Part shown: positions 16,901 to 25,631 of the stretch, piece after piece | How positions within the stretch are numbered: the first letter of the stretch is position 1 | Layout of the letters: each line of letters opens with the position of its first letter | From: Candidatus Peregrinibacteria bacterium CG_4_10_14_0_2_um_filter_38_24 | Lineage (GTDB): Bacteria > Patescibacteriota > Gracilibacteria > UBA1369 > LOWO2-01-FULL-3 | Assembly (NCBI GenBank): GCA_002792535.1 | Contig: PFOM01000004.1 | Span: 2,551-66,550, forward strand | DNA length: 64,000 nt | Reading direction: 5' to 3' | Notes under the pieces: model-generated | Told to the model about the DNA's origin: nothing | Databases searched by the model: none | Seen by the model: only the letters and a program-made list of their open reading frames with translations | Made by a program: the position numbers and the translations under genes

Positions 16901-19302
16901 TAGAATTGTAGGTGATAGAACGGTGGTTTGTCTTTGTACCTTTGTATTGCCATCCAAAGTATTTTTTCTATCAAATCTTCATAGCTGTATCCTGCGAGTT
17001 TTGCGGAGATGGCTATGAAATTATCTGTTTCAAGTGGTGGATTTGGATTTAATTCAATCACATATGGGTTTCCTTCTTTGTCGACTCTAAATTCTATTTT
17101 GCCATAATCGTGACAATCAAAAATATTATAAACATCGAGAGCCATTTCGCTTATTAATGTTTCGAGTTTTTTGTTTATTTTTGCAGGTTTTTCAACTTTG
17201 ATTGTATCTAATATGTATTTGTTTTTTCCATCCCAAAGATCTGATGAATAGATGTGCCAGTGATTTTTTTGTACTTTATCAAAAGTAGAGCGAATCAATG
17301 GAAGAACTTCGACATCTTCTTCATTTCCGATGAGGGATACGTCAATTTCTGTTCCTTCGATGTATTCTTCTATAAGTGCCGGTCTCTTGAAATCTTCAAT
17401 GATGATTCGTAATTGTTTTTTTAATTCTTTTTCATTTGTAACGACAGATTGATTGTCGATTCCGAAGAAATTATCAGAATTTGCAGGTTTTACTATCAAT
17501 GGATATTCGAGTTCATCGCTTATTTTATCGTCCATGCTTTCTACATAATCCCAATCTGGAGTTGGAATATCGTGATATTCAAGAATTTTTTTGACTTTTA
17601 TCTTGTCCAAAGAAAGAGATAATGTTCCTGGATTTGAGCCTGTGTAAGGCAATTGTAGCATGTCGAATAATGCGGCTGAGTGCGATTTTAATAGTGGAGA
17701 ATTGTAGATCGCCTCACATAAATTCATTACGAAATCCAGATTTGCTCGTTGAATTTTTTCGATAGGTAATGCCGATTCTCCTACGTCGAATAGGCTTACG
17801 TTATAGCCTTTTACTTGAAGTATATTTTTTATGTTTTCTCCTGTGAAAAACTTTTTTGCGTTTTCGCTGTAGATTGTAATTGTTGAATTTGCGACGATTC
17901 CAATATGTAATTTTTTTATTTTGTTTTTATCTACGATTCTAAGTTTTTCTATTTTTGAGGCCTTGATGATTTGTTCACGAAGAATTGAAGCGGAGGATAG
18001 GGAAGACTGTCTTGTTGTTTTTCCGAGTGATGAATCTTTATGGAAGCGTGTTACGTTTATTTCTATTTTACTAATGACTCTGTTCATTAAAGTTTCCGCT
18101 TCTTGATATGTGCGTCCTTTTACAACTGCCCATCCTGCGTTCTCAAATCCTTCTGGTGGAACTAAGATCGCATCTCCTACATTTTTTGTTATTATTAATT
18201 GAAGAACGTTTTTTATTTGTTGTGCTTCCTTTATTCCTTCAATATTTGTGATAATTCCTGAATGATTCGGGATGAAATAGCGGCAAATTACGCATCCTTT
18301 TGCCTGAGTGTTTTTGTAATTTGTGGTTACGCCGCATGCGATTCTTATTCCTATTTCAACCATATCCGTGTCCCAAACATTTTTAACGTTTGTGTAAATG
18401 TCATCTCCTCCCATTCTGGATCCGACCTCGACTATTTTTGTGCCTGTGGAGGTCATTTTTATTTCTATGTGAGCAAGACTGTTTTGTACACCCAGTGCAA
18501 TTAACGCTGATTCTGCTAGTTTTATTGCTTCAGCTTCTATTGAGTCTTCTAGTCTTGCCGGAGCGATATCTCCGTATTCTATGAAGTATGGTGGTTTTAT
18601 AGGTTGTTTTTCATTTATTCCTATGACGTGTGGAATTCCGTATTGAGAAAAACATTCTAAACTGATTTCCATTCCATCCATGTATTCTTCATACAAAAAA
18701 GTTCCGTTGTTGTATTTAAAAATTGGATTGAATTTTTCGTTACAGTTCTTTTGTAAATAATCTAAAGTGCTTTTTGCTTCTTCTTCGTTGTTTACTAATA
18801 TTACGAATTCACTATCTGCTCCCCATGCAGGTTTCATTACTGCAGGGAAACCTATTTCTTCCATTCCCTTTTTTAAATCGTTTTTGGTTTTTATCATTTG
18901 AAAAAGTGGACTGCCGAGATTTGTTTCGGCAAGTCTTTTTCTCATTTCGTGTTTGTTTCTTGTTCTGATTGCAGTTTCGTAGCTATTTCCGGGGAGTTTA
19001 AATTCTTCGCATACCTTAGCCAAAAGAGGAACGTCGTCTTCCCAAAAAGTTATTGCTCCGTCGAATTTTATTTCAGGATTGTTTTTTTGAAAAAGTTTTA
19101 ATTTTTCGATTACTTCTTTGTGGTTGTAGGTGTCAGCTTCTATGAAATATGTAATTATTTTTTTGTTTGTATCTAATTTTTGATTAACCAAAATGATGTT
19201 TAGGCCTAAGCTTTTTGCTTTTTCAAGTGTGAATTTTTTTTTCTTACCACCTGAATTTATGAAGATTATATTTTTGCCTAGCAAGTCTTTGTTTGGGGGC
19301 AT
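16900..19302 (-). CDS. Tandem ATP-grasp fusion: L-amino-acid-ligase-like + D-Ala-D-Ala-ligase-like domains
   Basis: N-half: RNKHEMR, VMKPAWGADSE, YEEYMDGMEISLE, VEVGSRMGGD. C-half: PYTGS, LDKIKVKKIL, YPLIVKP, LIEEYIEG, CHDYGKIEFR, IELNPNP. Confidence 0.88.
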   Translation of the reverse strand: MPPNKDLLGKNIIFINSGGKKKKFTLEKAKSLGLNIILVNQKLDTNKKIITYFIEADTYNHKEVIEKLKLFQKNNPEIKFDGAITFWEDDVPLLAKVCEEFKLPGNSYETAIRTRNKHEMRKRLAETNLGSPLFQMIKTKNDLKKGMEEIGFPAVMKPAWGADSEFVILVNNEEEAKSTLDYLQKNCNEKFNPIFKYNNGTFLYEEYMDGMEISLECFSQYGIPHVIGINEKQPIKPPYFIEYGDIAPARLEDSIEAEAIKLAESALIALGVQNSLAHIEIKMTSTGTKIVEVGSRMGGDDIYTNVKNVWDTDMVEIGIRIACGVTTNYKNTQAKGCVICRYFIPNHSGIITNIEGIKEAQQIKNVLQLIITKNVGDAILVPPEGFENAGWAVVKGRTYQEAETLMNRVISKIEINVTRFHKDSSLGKTTRQSSLSSASILREQIIKASKIEKLRIVDKNKIKKLHIGIVANSTITIYSENAKKFFTGENIKNILQVKGYNVSLFDVGESALPIEKIQRANLDFVMNLCEAIYNSPLLKSHSAALFDMLQLPYTGSNPGTLSLSLDKIKVKKILEYHDIPTPDWDYVESMDDKISDELEYPLIVKPANSDNFFGIDNQSVVTNEKELKKQLRIIIEDFKRPALIEEYIEGTEIDVSLIGNEEDVEVLPLIRSTFDKVQKNHWHIYSSDLWDGKNKYILDTIKVEKPAKINKKLETLISEMALDVYNIFDCHDYGKIEFRVDKEGNPYVIELNPNPPLETDNFIAISAKLAGYSYEDLIEKILWMAIQRYKDKPPFYHLQF

Positions 19303-19467
19303 TTGTGGTTTTTATATATATGTAAAAACCATAATCTTATTTGGAAAAAACACAATAGTTTTTTCGTTAAAAAATGTGTAATTTCTACTTAAGTTTTGTT
19401 TGTGAAAATTTCCCTTTTCGTTTAGAGTTGATATTGTCTTTTCTATCACTATAAATAATTTATTTTC

Positions 19468-20267
19468 ATGTCTGCTCAGAATTATTTATGGATTTTTTTG
19501 CCACTATAATGGTGGGATTTTTGGTCGTGGATCTTGGCTATTTTAATAGGAATCCGCATAAGATAGGGCCTAAATCTGTGCTTATATAAACAATCTTTTG
19601 GATTTCTATTTCTCTTGGATTTGGAGCTTTGATCTTTGTTTTCTTGGGAAAGGAATTGTTTGCGCAATTTTTGAGTGCTTACCTGACAGAAGAAATGTTA
19701 TCGATGGATAATCTTTTCGTTATTATGCTTATTTTTAGCTTCTTTAATCTTGAAGAAAAATATCATCATAAAGTTTTATTTTGGGGAATTTTGGGAGCTG
19801 TTGTTTTTAGAGGAATTTTTATAACTGCCGGTGCTGTGGTAATACATCAATTTTACTGGGTGTTATATATCTTTGGAGTTTTGCTTATTTATACTGGAAT
19901 CAAACTTTTTTCTGATAAAAAAGAAGAATATGCTAATTTTGAAAATAGTAAAATTGTTCGTCTTGCAAGAAAATTCTTGAGATTTACTCCGAATCCTCAT
20001 AATGGACAATTTATTTCAAAAGAAAATGGAAAGTGGCATTTTACTCTTCTTTTTATGATTATGCTTCTTGTTGAGATGACTGATGTGATTTTTGCAGTCG
20101 ATTCTATCCCTGCGACTTTTTCTATATCTCAAAATCCTTTTATAGTTTTTACTTCAAACATTTTTGCAGTAATGGGGCTTAGGGCAATGTTTTTCTTGAT
20201 TGAGAATATTTTGTATAAATTTCATCATTTGTAGAAGGGTTTATCTTTTATTCTTGTTTTTACTGGA
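19468..20267 (+). pseudogene. TerC/Alx family membrane protein pseudogene
   Basis: LSMDNLFV, HKVLFWGILGAVVFRGIFI, DVIFAVDSIPA, FTSNIFAVMGLRA; frameshift in the T7 run (19493-19499), in-frame TAA near 19586 and TAG at 20232; C-terminus lost. Confidence 0.85.
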
Positions 20268-20509
20268 ACGTTTGATTCTGTACATCGTGGTCATCTTGAG
20301 GCATTAAAGAGAGGTTTTCACCATAATCGTGATGTAAAATCTGCATTTGTTGTTGCCCTATACTGGAGGTCAAGGGGTTTCTGTAAAGGAGCCCTATTAG
20401 TTCTTTTTCGGTTAGGCAGTCTGTTGGGGGTGGATCTATTGATGATATTCGGCATTTGCTTGTTTCTAAAGTTGCTAGTGAAATCGAAGAGGGGAATCAT
20501 TATCGATAA
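20259..20509 (+). pseudogene. Remnant of a NadD-like HxGH nucleotidyltransferase
   Basis: FTGTFDSVHRGHLEAL, then in another frame PISSFSVRQSVGGGSIDDIRHLLVSKVASEIEEGNHYR*, resembling a NadD C-terminus; middle missing. Confidence 0.65.
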
Positions 20510-20584
20510 AAATCTTCGGGATTTGTTTATAATTGTGTGATGTACTATAATGGCATGAGTTTTTTATAATTTAATGATAACAAT

Positions 20585-20986
20585 ATGAAAGGATATAAAG
20601 GAGCAATAGAACAGCTTACTGTTGAGAATGATAATTTTCGAAAAGTTCTTTATACTGGAAAACATAGCCAACTTGTGGCGATGAGTCTTAAGCCAAATGA
20701 AGATATTGGAATGGAGGTTCATGAGGAAAATGATCAGTTTTTTCGTTTTGAAAAGGGGATTGGAAAGGTGATTATTGACGGAAATGAATATGAAGTTGCG
20801 GATGGAGATGCAGTGATTGTTCCGTCTGGAGCTCAGCATAATGTGATTAATACGTCTGGTTCAGATGCGTTGAAGCTTTATACTCTATATTCTCCGGCTC
20901 ATCATCGTGATGGTATTGTGCATGCGACCAAAGAGGAGGCTGAAAAAGATGATGAACATTTTGAGGGTGTGACCACGGAGCAGTAG
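20585..20986 (+). CDS. Cupin domain protein
   Basis: NDNFRKVLYTG, IGMEVH, DQFFRFE, GAQHNVIN, LKLYTLYSP.HH. Confidence 0.92.
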   Translation: MKGYKGAIEQLTVENDNFRKVLYTGKHSQLVAMSLKPNEDIGMEVHEENDQFFRFEKGIGKVIIDGNEYEVADGDAVIVPSGAQHNVINTSGSDALKLYTLYSPAHHRDGIVHATKEEAEKDDEHFEGVTTEQ

Positions 20987-21096
20987 TTTGTTGTGACACG
21001 CATCTGTTGGCTTAAAAATCGGCAGTTTGTCAAACTGCTATTGACTTTTGGTTGTGTTGCGAGCAAACTGCACCTTGTTATTTTTTAATCACCGTT

Positions 21097-21432
21097 ATGG
21101 GAAAGAAATTGTACGTAGGGAACCTACCTTACACAGCAACAGAAGAATCTCTTCGCACTGCATTTGCAGACGCGGGAACTGTTGAATCAGCAGCTGTAAT
21201 AGCTGATAAATTTTCCGGCAGATCCAAAGGTTTTGGATTTGTGGAAATGTCCACAGAAGAAGAAGCTCAAAAAGCTATCGAAATGTGGAATGGCAACGAG
21301 ATGGAAGGAAGAAAGCTCGTTGTTAACGAAGCTCGTCCAATGGAAGACCGACCTCCAAGAAGAACTGGTGGTGGTGGATTTGGAGGAGGAGGTTTTAGAA
21401 GGAGAGACTCAGGGGACAACAATAGTTTCTAA
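21097..21432 (+). CDS. RRM RNA-binding protein with Gly/Arg-rich tail
   Basis: RNP2 LYVGNL, RNP1 KGFGFVEM, VNEARP; ATG 21097. Confidence 0.95.
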   Translation: MGKKLYVGNLPYTATEESLRTAFADAGTVESAAVIADKFSGRSKGFGFVEMSTEEEAQKAIEMWNGNEMEGRKLVVNEARPMEDRPPRRTGGGGFGGGGFRRRDSGDNNSF

Positions 21433-21458
21433 AGTTTTCGATTTTTAAGAATCATATG

Positions 21459-21499
21459 AATGGAGCCTGCAATAAAATGCGGGCTCCATTTAGTTTTTT
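21459..21499 (+). terminator. Rho-independent terminator
   Basis: AATGGAGCCTGCA-ATAAAA-TGCGGGCTCCATT followed by a T-rich tail. Confidence 0.8.
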
Positions 21500-21561
21500 G
21501 CTTGTTTTGTTATTGTTGAGGCCTTATCCTTATTTAAGTTTAAATCCTTAAATTTTTTCCT

Positions 21562-24114
21562 ATGGGACTTACTGAGGCACAAGTACAAAAATTGATCGGA
21601 TTGACGGCTGAAGATGTTGCACAAAATTTGAAGAAACATGGCTTTAATGAGCTTCCTTCTTCTAAAAAAAGAAGTGTTTTTGCGATTATTCTTGAAATAA
21701 TGAAGGAGCCAATGCTTTCTTTGCTTTTAGTTTGTGGAGGTATTTATCTCATTCTGGGAGATATGGAGGAGGCTATCTTTTTGTCTTTTAGTATTTTGGT
21801 TGTTATTGGAATTACGATTTATCAGGAGAATAAAATGGAAAAGGCGCTTACTGCACTTAAAGATCTTTCCAGTCCGCGTGCGTTGGTGATTCGTGATGGC
21901 GAAAGAATGCGTATTGCCGGTCGGGAAGTGGTTAGTGGTGATATTATTATTTTAAATGAAGGTGATCGTGTCCCTGCGGATGCCGTAATTTTGTGGGAAA
22001 GAAATCTTTCTGCGGATGAATCTCTTTTGACCGGGGAGTCTGTTCCGGTAACTAAATTGCCTACTGATTCAGAAGATGTTGAGTCTGTTCGTCCCGGAGG
22101 ACAAGATAATTCTTTTGTTTTTTCTGGGAGTTTGATTGTTGCTGGACAAGGAGTTGCTCGAGTTTTTGCGACGGGGATCAATACGGAAATGGGAAAAATA
22201 GGGAAAGCACTTCAATCCATTGAGCCTGAAAAAACTGTTTTGCAAAAAGAAACTTCTAGGCTTGTTAGATTGTTTTTTATTATCGCTGTTGTGATTTTTG
22301 TCGTAATTATTGCTGCTTTTATTTTATGGAGGGGTGAGATTTTGAATGGATTTTTGTATGGGATTACTGTTGCTATTTCTCTTTTGCCTGAGGAGTTTGC
22401 AGTTGTTCTTACTGTATTTTTGGCGCTTGGTGCTTGGAGAATCTCGAAAAAGCATGTGCTTACTAGAAAGATTGGTGCTGTGGAAATTTTGGGTGCCGCT
22501 ACTGTTCTTTGTGTGGATAAAACAGGAACTCTTACTCAGAATGTAATGTCGATTCAGGAGATTTTTGTAAAAGGAAAAACTCATGATGTTTTAAAAAATA
22601 AGAAAAAATCTTTGCCTGAGTATTTTCATGAAATTATTGAATATGCAATTTTGGCGAGTAAAAAAGATCCTTTTGATCCAATGGAAAAGGCTTTTCTTGA
22701 GATTGGCGAAATTACATTGAAGGATACAGAGCATTTGCATGCAGAGTGGAGTTTGCTTAAGGAATATCCTTTATCTAGAGATTTACTTGCGCTTTCTCAT
22801 GTGTATAAATCTGATAAAAATGGCAGATTTCATGTTGTTGCTGCGAAAGGAGCGCCTGAGGCTATTTTTGATCTTTGTCATTTGTTTAAAGAAAAACAGA
22901 AAGCTTTGGGAAAGAATATAGAGGCGATGGCTGCGAAAGGACTTCGTGTTTTGGGAGTCGCAAAAGCTATTTATCGTGGTGATGATTTGCCAACTTCTCA
23001 GCATGAATTTGATTTTGAATTTTTGGGTCTTGTTGGACTTGCGGATCCTATTAGAGAAACTGTTCCTCATGCTATAGCTGAATGTTATAAAGCGGGAATT
23101 CGTGTGATTATGATTACTGGAGATTACCCAATAACTGCGAGAAACATAGGAGAGCAAATCGGGCTTATGGATCATGGGAATATAATTACTGGGGCTGAAC
23201 TTGAGAAAATATCTATTAATGAGCTTGCACAGAAAATTAAAAATGTGAATGTATTTGCCCGTGTTGTTCCTGAGCAGAAATTGATTATAGTGCAGGCATT
23301 GAAGAAAGATGGAGAAATCGTTGCGATGACCGGAGATGGAGTGAATGATGCTCCCGCCCTTAAGGCTGCGCATATCGGAGTTGCGATGGGGGAGAGAGGA
23401 ACTGATGTTGCCAGAGAGTCTTCTGCTTTGGTGCTGTTGAAGGATGATTTTAATTCTATTGTGGCCGCGGTAAAAGTGGGGCGTAGAATTTTTGATAATA
23501 TTAAAAAGGCGATGGCTTATATCGTAAGCGTGCATGTGCCTATTGCCGGTCTTGCTCTTTTTCCTGTTTTGTTTAATTGGCCAATAGTTTTTTATCCGGT
23601 ACATGTTGTTTTTTTGGAATTGATTATTGATCCGGTTTGTTCTGTTGTTTTTGAAGCGGAAAAAGGAGAATTAAATATTATGTCTCGTGCTCCAAGAAAT
23701 CCTGCGGATCCGCTTTTTAGTAAAAAATTACTTGTCAGGAGTTTTTTGCAAGGAGCTGTTTCTTTTTTGATTATTTCTGTTGTTTTTAATGGAACTTTAT
23801 ATTATGGAGTTTCTGATGCTTATGCCAGAACTGTAGCTTTTATTGTTCTGGTTTCTTCGAATATAGGGCTTGTTTTTGTAAATAGATTTTACGAAGCTTC
23901 AGTCTGGAAATCTTTGACGGCTAAGAATCCTGCGCTTTTGTATGTCATTTTTGGCGCGTTTTCTTTGTTGATTTTATCTGTTTATGTTCCATTTATGAGA
24001 GATATTTTCAAATTTGAGGAAATTTCTATTTTGTATTTTTTGTTAGTTACTATTATTGGTTTTACTGGAGGAATGTCTTGGAAAATTGTGGAATTTTTTA
24101 AATTAAAAAAATAA
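21562..24114 (+). CDS. Cation-translocating P-type ATPase (type II-like)
   Basis: LTGES, PEEF, DKTGTLT, KGAPE, MITGD, GDGVNDAPAL. Confidence 0.95.
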   Translation: MGLTEAQVQKLIGLTAEDVAQNLKKHGFNELPSSKKRSVFAIILEIMKEPMLSLLLVCGGIYLILGDMEEAIFLSFSILVVIGITIYQENKMEKALTALKDLSSPRALVIRDGERMRIAGREVVSGDIIILNEGDRVPADAVILWERNLSADESLLTGESVPVTKLPTDSEDVESVRPGGQDNSFVFSGSLIVAGQGVARVFATGINTEMGKIGKALQSIEPEKTVLQKETSRLVRLFFIIAVVIFVVIIAAFILWRGEILNGFLYGITVAISLLPEEFAVVLTVFLALGAWRISKKHVLTRKIGAVEILGAATVLCVDKTGTLTQNVMSIQEIFVKGKTHDVLKNKKKSLPEYFHEIIEYAILASKKDPFDPMEKAFLEIGEITLKDTEHLHAEWSLLKEYPLSRDLLALSHVYKSDKNGRFHVVAAKGAPEAIFDLCHLFKEKQKALGKNIEAMAAKGLRVLGVAKAIYRGDDLPTSQHEFDFEFLGLVGLADPIRETVPHAIAECYKAGIRVIMITGDYPITARNIGEQIGLMDHGNIITGAELEKISINELAQKIKNVNVFARVVPEQKLIIVQALKKDGEIVAMTGDGVNDAPALKAAHIGVAMGERGTDVARESSALVLLKDDFNSIVAAVKVGRRIFDNIKKAMAYIVSVHVPIAGLALFPVLFNWPIVFYPVHVVFLELIIDPVCSVVFEAEKGELNIMSRAPRNPADPLFSKKLLVRSFLQGAVSFLIISVVFNGTLYYGVSDAYARTVAFIVLVSSNIGLVFVNRFYEASVWKSLTAKNPALLYVIFGAFSLLILSVYVPFMRDIFKFEEISILYFLLVTIIGFTGGMSWKIVEFFKLKK

Positions 24115-24118
24115 TTGA

Positions 24119-24599
24119 ATGATGAAGGATGTAAAAATAAAACTAGGGTGTATTTCTTGTGGTACTTGCGAAAGGATTTGTCCTAAAGTTTTTAAAGTTG
24201 ATGGAGTTTGTGAAGTTATTACTCGTGAATTTGCATCTTATGGTTGGACTATGCTTTTTTTGGTGATTTTGATTCGTCCTTTGGCTGATGTGTTTCCTGA
24301 TTTTGGTGTTTTAAGGACACTTGTTTCTATGCGTAGAGAATTTGGAATTTTTTCCGGAATACTTATTTTGAATCATTTTTTTGGATTTCTTGTTCAGGCC
24401 AATATGCCGATTTTGGCTTCATTTAAGGAAAGTTGGATGTGGGATTATAAAGGTATTTATTTTTGGAGCGATTTATGTTTATCTTGTTGGATGCGGAAAT
24501 TCTTTGTCTTATGCTGTGATTGTCGCTGTTTTCTGGGGGTTGTTTCTGTTGAAAATTGAAATAAGATTGCCTGAAAAAATAATGAATTTTTTTTACTAA
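24119..24599 (+). pseudogene. Chimeric remnant: ferredoxin N-terminus joined to an internally deleted ferric-reductase/MsrQ-like TM domain
   Basis: CISCGTCERICP followed directly by REFASYGW..LIRPL..MRREFGI..H; the last TM segments (FGAIYVYLV...) continue in another frame to 24599. Confidence 0.6.
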
Positions 24600-24607
24600 T
24601 TAAATTT

Positions 24608-25327
24608 ATGCAACATTTTTTTATAAATCAGGAACTTAAGGAGGGGAAGATCATGATTACAGATCCGGATCTTCTTCATCAGATGAAAACTGTGATGAGA
24701 TTTGAGGCGGGGGATAAGTGTGTTTTTTTGGACGGGAAAGGTGCGAAGGCGAATGGAGTTTTCGATGTTGTGGCGAAAAAGGAGGCGGTTATTGTTTTGA
24801 CAGAAGTGACTCACTCTGCTGTAGATGGCCGAAAAGTGAATCTATACATCGCTTTGTCGAAAAAACCTGCAACGCTAGAATTGATAGTGCAAAAGGTTAC
24901 TGAGATTGGAGTGACGGATATTTTTCCTATTGTTACAAATAGATGTCAGGTGAAGGAAATGAGAAATGTTCCAAGATTTCTTTCTATCATGAGCGAGGCG
25001 GCCGAGCAAAGTGAGAGGTGCGTTTTGCCTGTATTGCATGAGGTTATTTCGTGGAAAGATTTTTTGAAGGATTTTCCGAAAGGTGAAGTTTTGGTTGGGG
25101 ATGCGAGGCAACATGACGTGAAGTTAGGGGAATATTTAAGGGAGAGGGCCGACTTCGTCGGCGTGGTAGGCATGGTCGGTGTTGTGATTGGACCGGAAGG
25201 AGGGCTTACAGATGAGGAAATCTCTGAGGCAAAATCCAAAGGTGCAAAAATCTTTTTGTTAGGCGAGAATGTATTAAGAATGGAAACTGCGGCAATTTCT
25301 GCTATTTCGATGGTGATGTTCGAGTAA
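24608..25327 (+). CDS. rsmE: 16S rRNA m3U1498 methyltransferase
   Basis: HQMKTVMR, QKVTEIGV, EAAEQSER, IGPEGG, LGENVLRMETAAI. Confidence 0.95.
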   Translation: MQHFFINQELKEGKIMITDPDLLHQMKTVMRFEAGDKCVFLDGKGAKANGVFDVVAKKEAVIVLTEVTHSAVDGRKVNLYIALSKKPATLELIVQKVTEIGVTDIFPIVTNRCQVKEMRNVPRFLSIMSEAAEQSERCVLPVLHEVISWKDFLKDFPKGEVLVGDARQHDVKLGEYLRERADFVGVVGMVGVVIGPEGGLTDEEISEAKSKGAKIFLLGENVLRMETAAISAISMVMFE

Positions 25328-25476
25328 GGAATTGTGGAATTAATATGTCCATTCGCAATAGGTTAAAGCAATTTACCAAATCTAACATGTACGATTTAGC
25401 AAATTTGAGTCGGTCATGACCGACTCAAAAGCTTTAACAAGCTATTGCTCACGAACATATCAATTCTACAATTCCT
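25327..25476. repeat. Structured palindromic element, family 1, copy A
   Basis: 24-bp imperfect outer IR; hairpin with TCTAACATGTACGA (25381-25394); perfect 26-bp palindrome 25404-25429. Confidence 0.85.
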
Positions 25477-25631
25477 GATCAGTCAAAAAGCACGATAAGC
25501 TATTACTCACGAACATATGTGTTTTCCCCTCCCTATTTCCCCGCATAAAATTAGCTTGAACTCATCACCATAAGTTGTTAATATTCCACGCGAACTTTTC
25601 TATATATTTAATATTTTTTAATTTATTTAAG

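Noticed and set aside
19468-20267. Stop-codon readthrough or recoding rescuing TerC
   Set aside because: It would need a frameshift plus TAA and TAG readthrough and the C-terminus is deleted; TAA and TAG are ordinary stops elsewhere.
20903-20912. CATCGTGATG inside the cupin gene as another element copy
   Set aside because: It encodes the conserved H-R-D residues and has no flanking stems.
22783-23604. Long antisense ORFs (also 33208-33852, 40992-41621, 43902-44576, 46624-47280)
   Set aside because: They fully overlap well-supported genes on the opposite strand and show no recognisable motifs.
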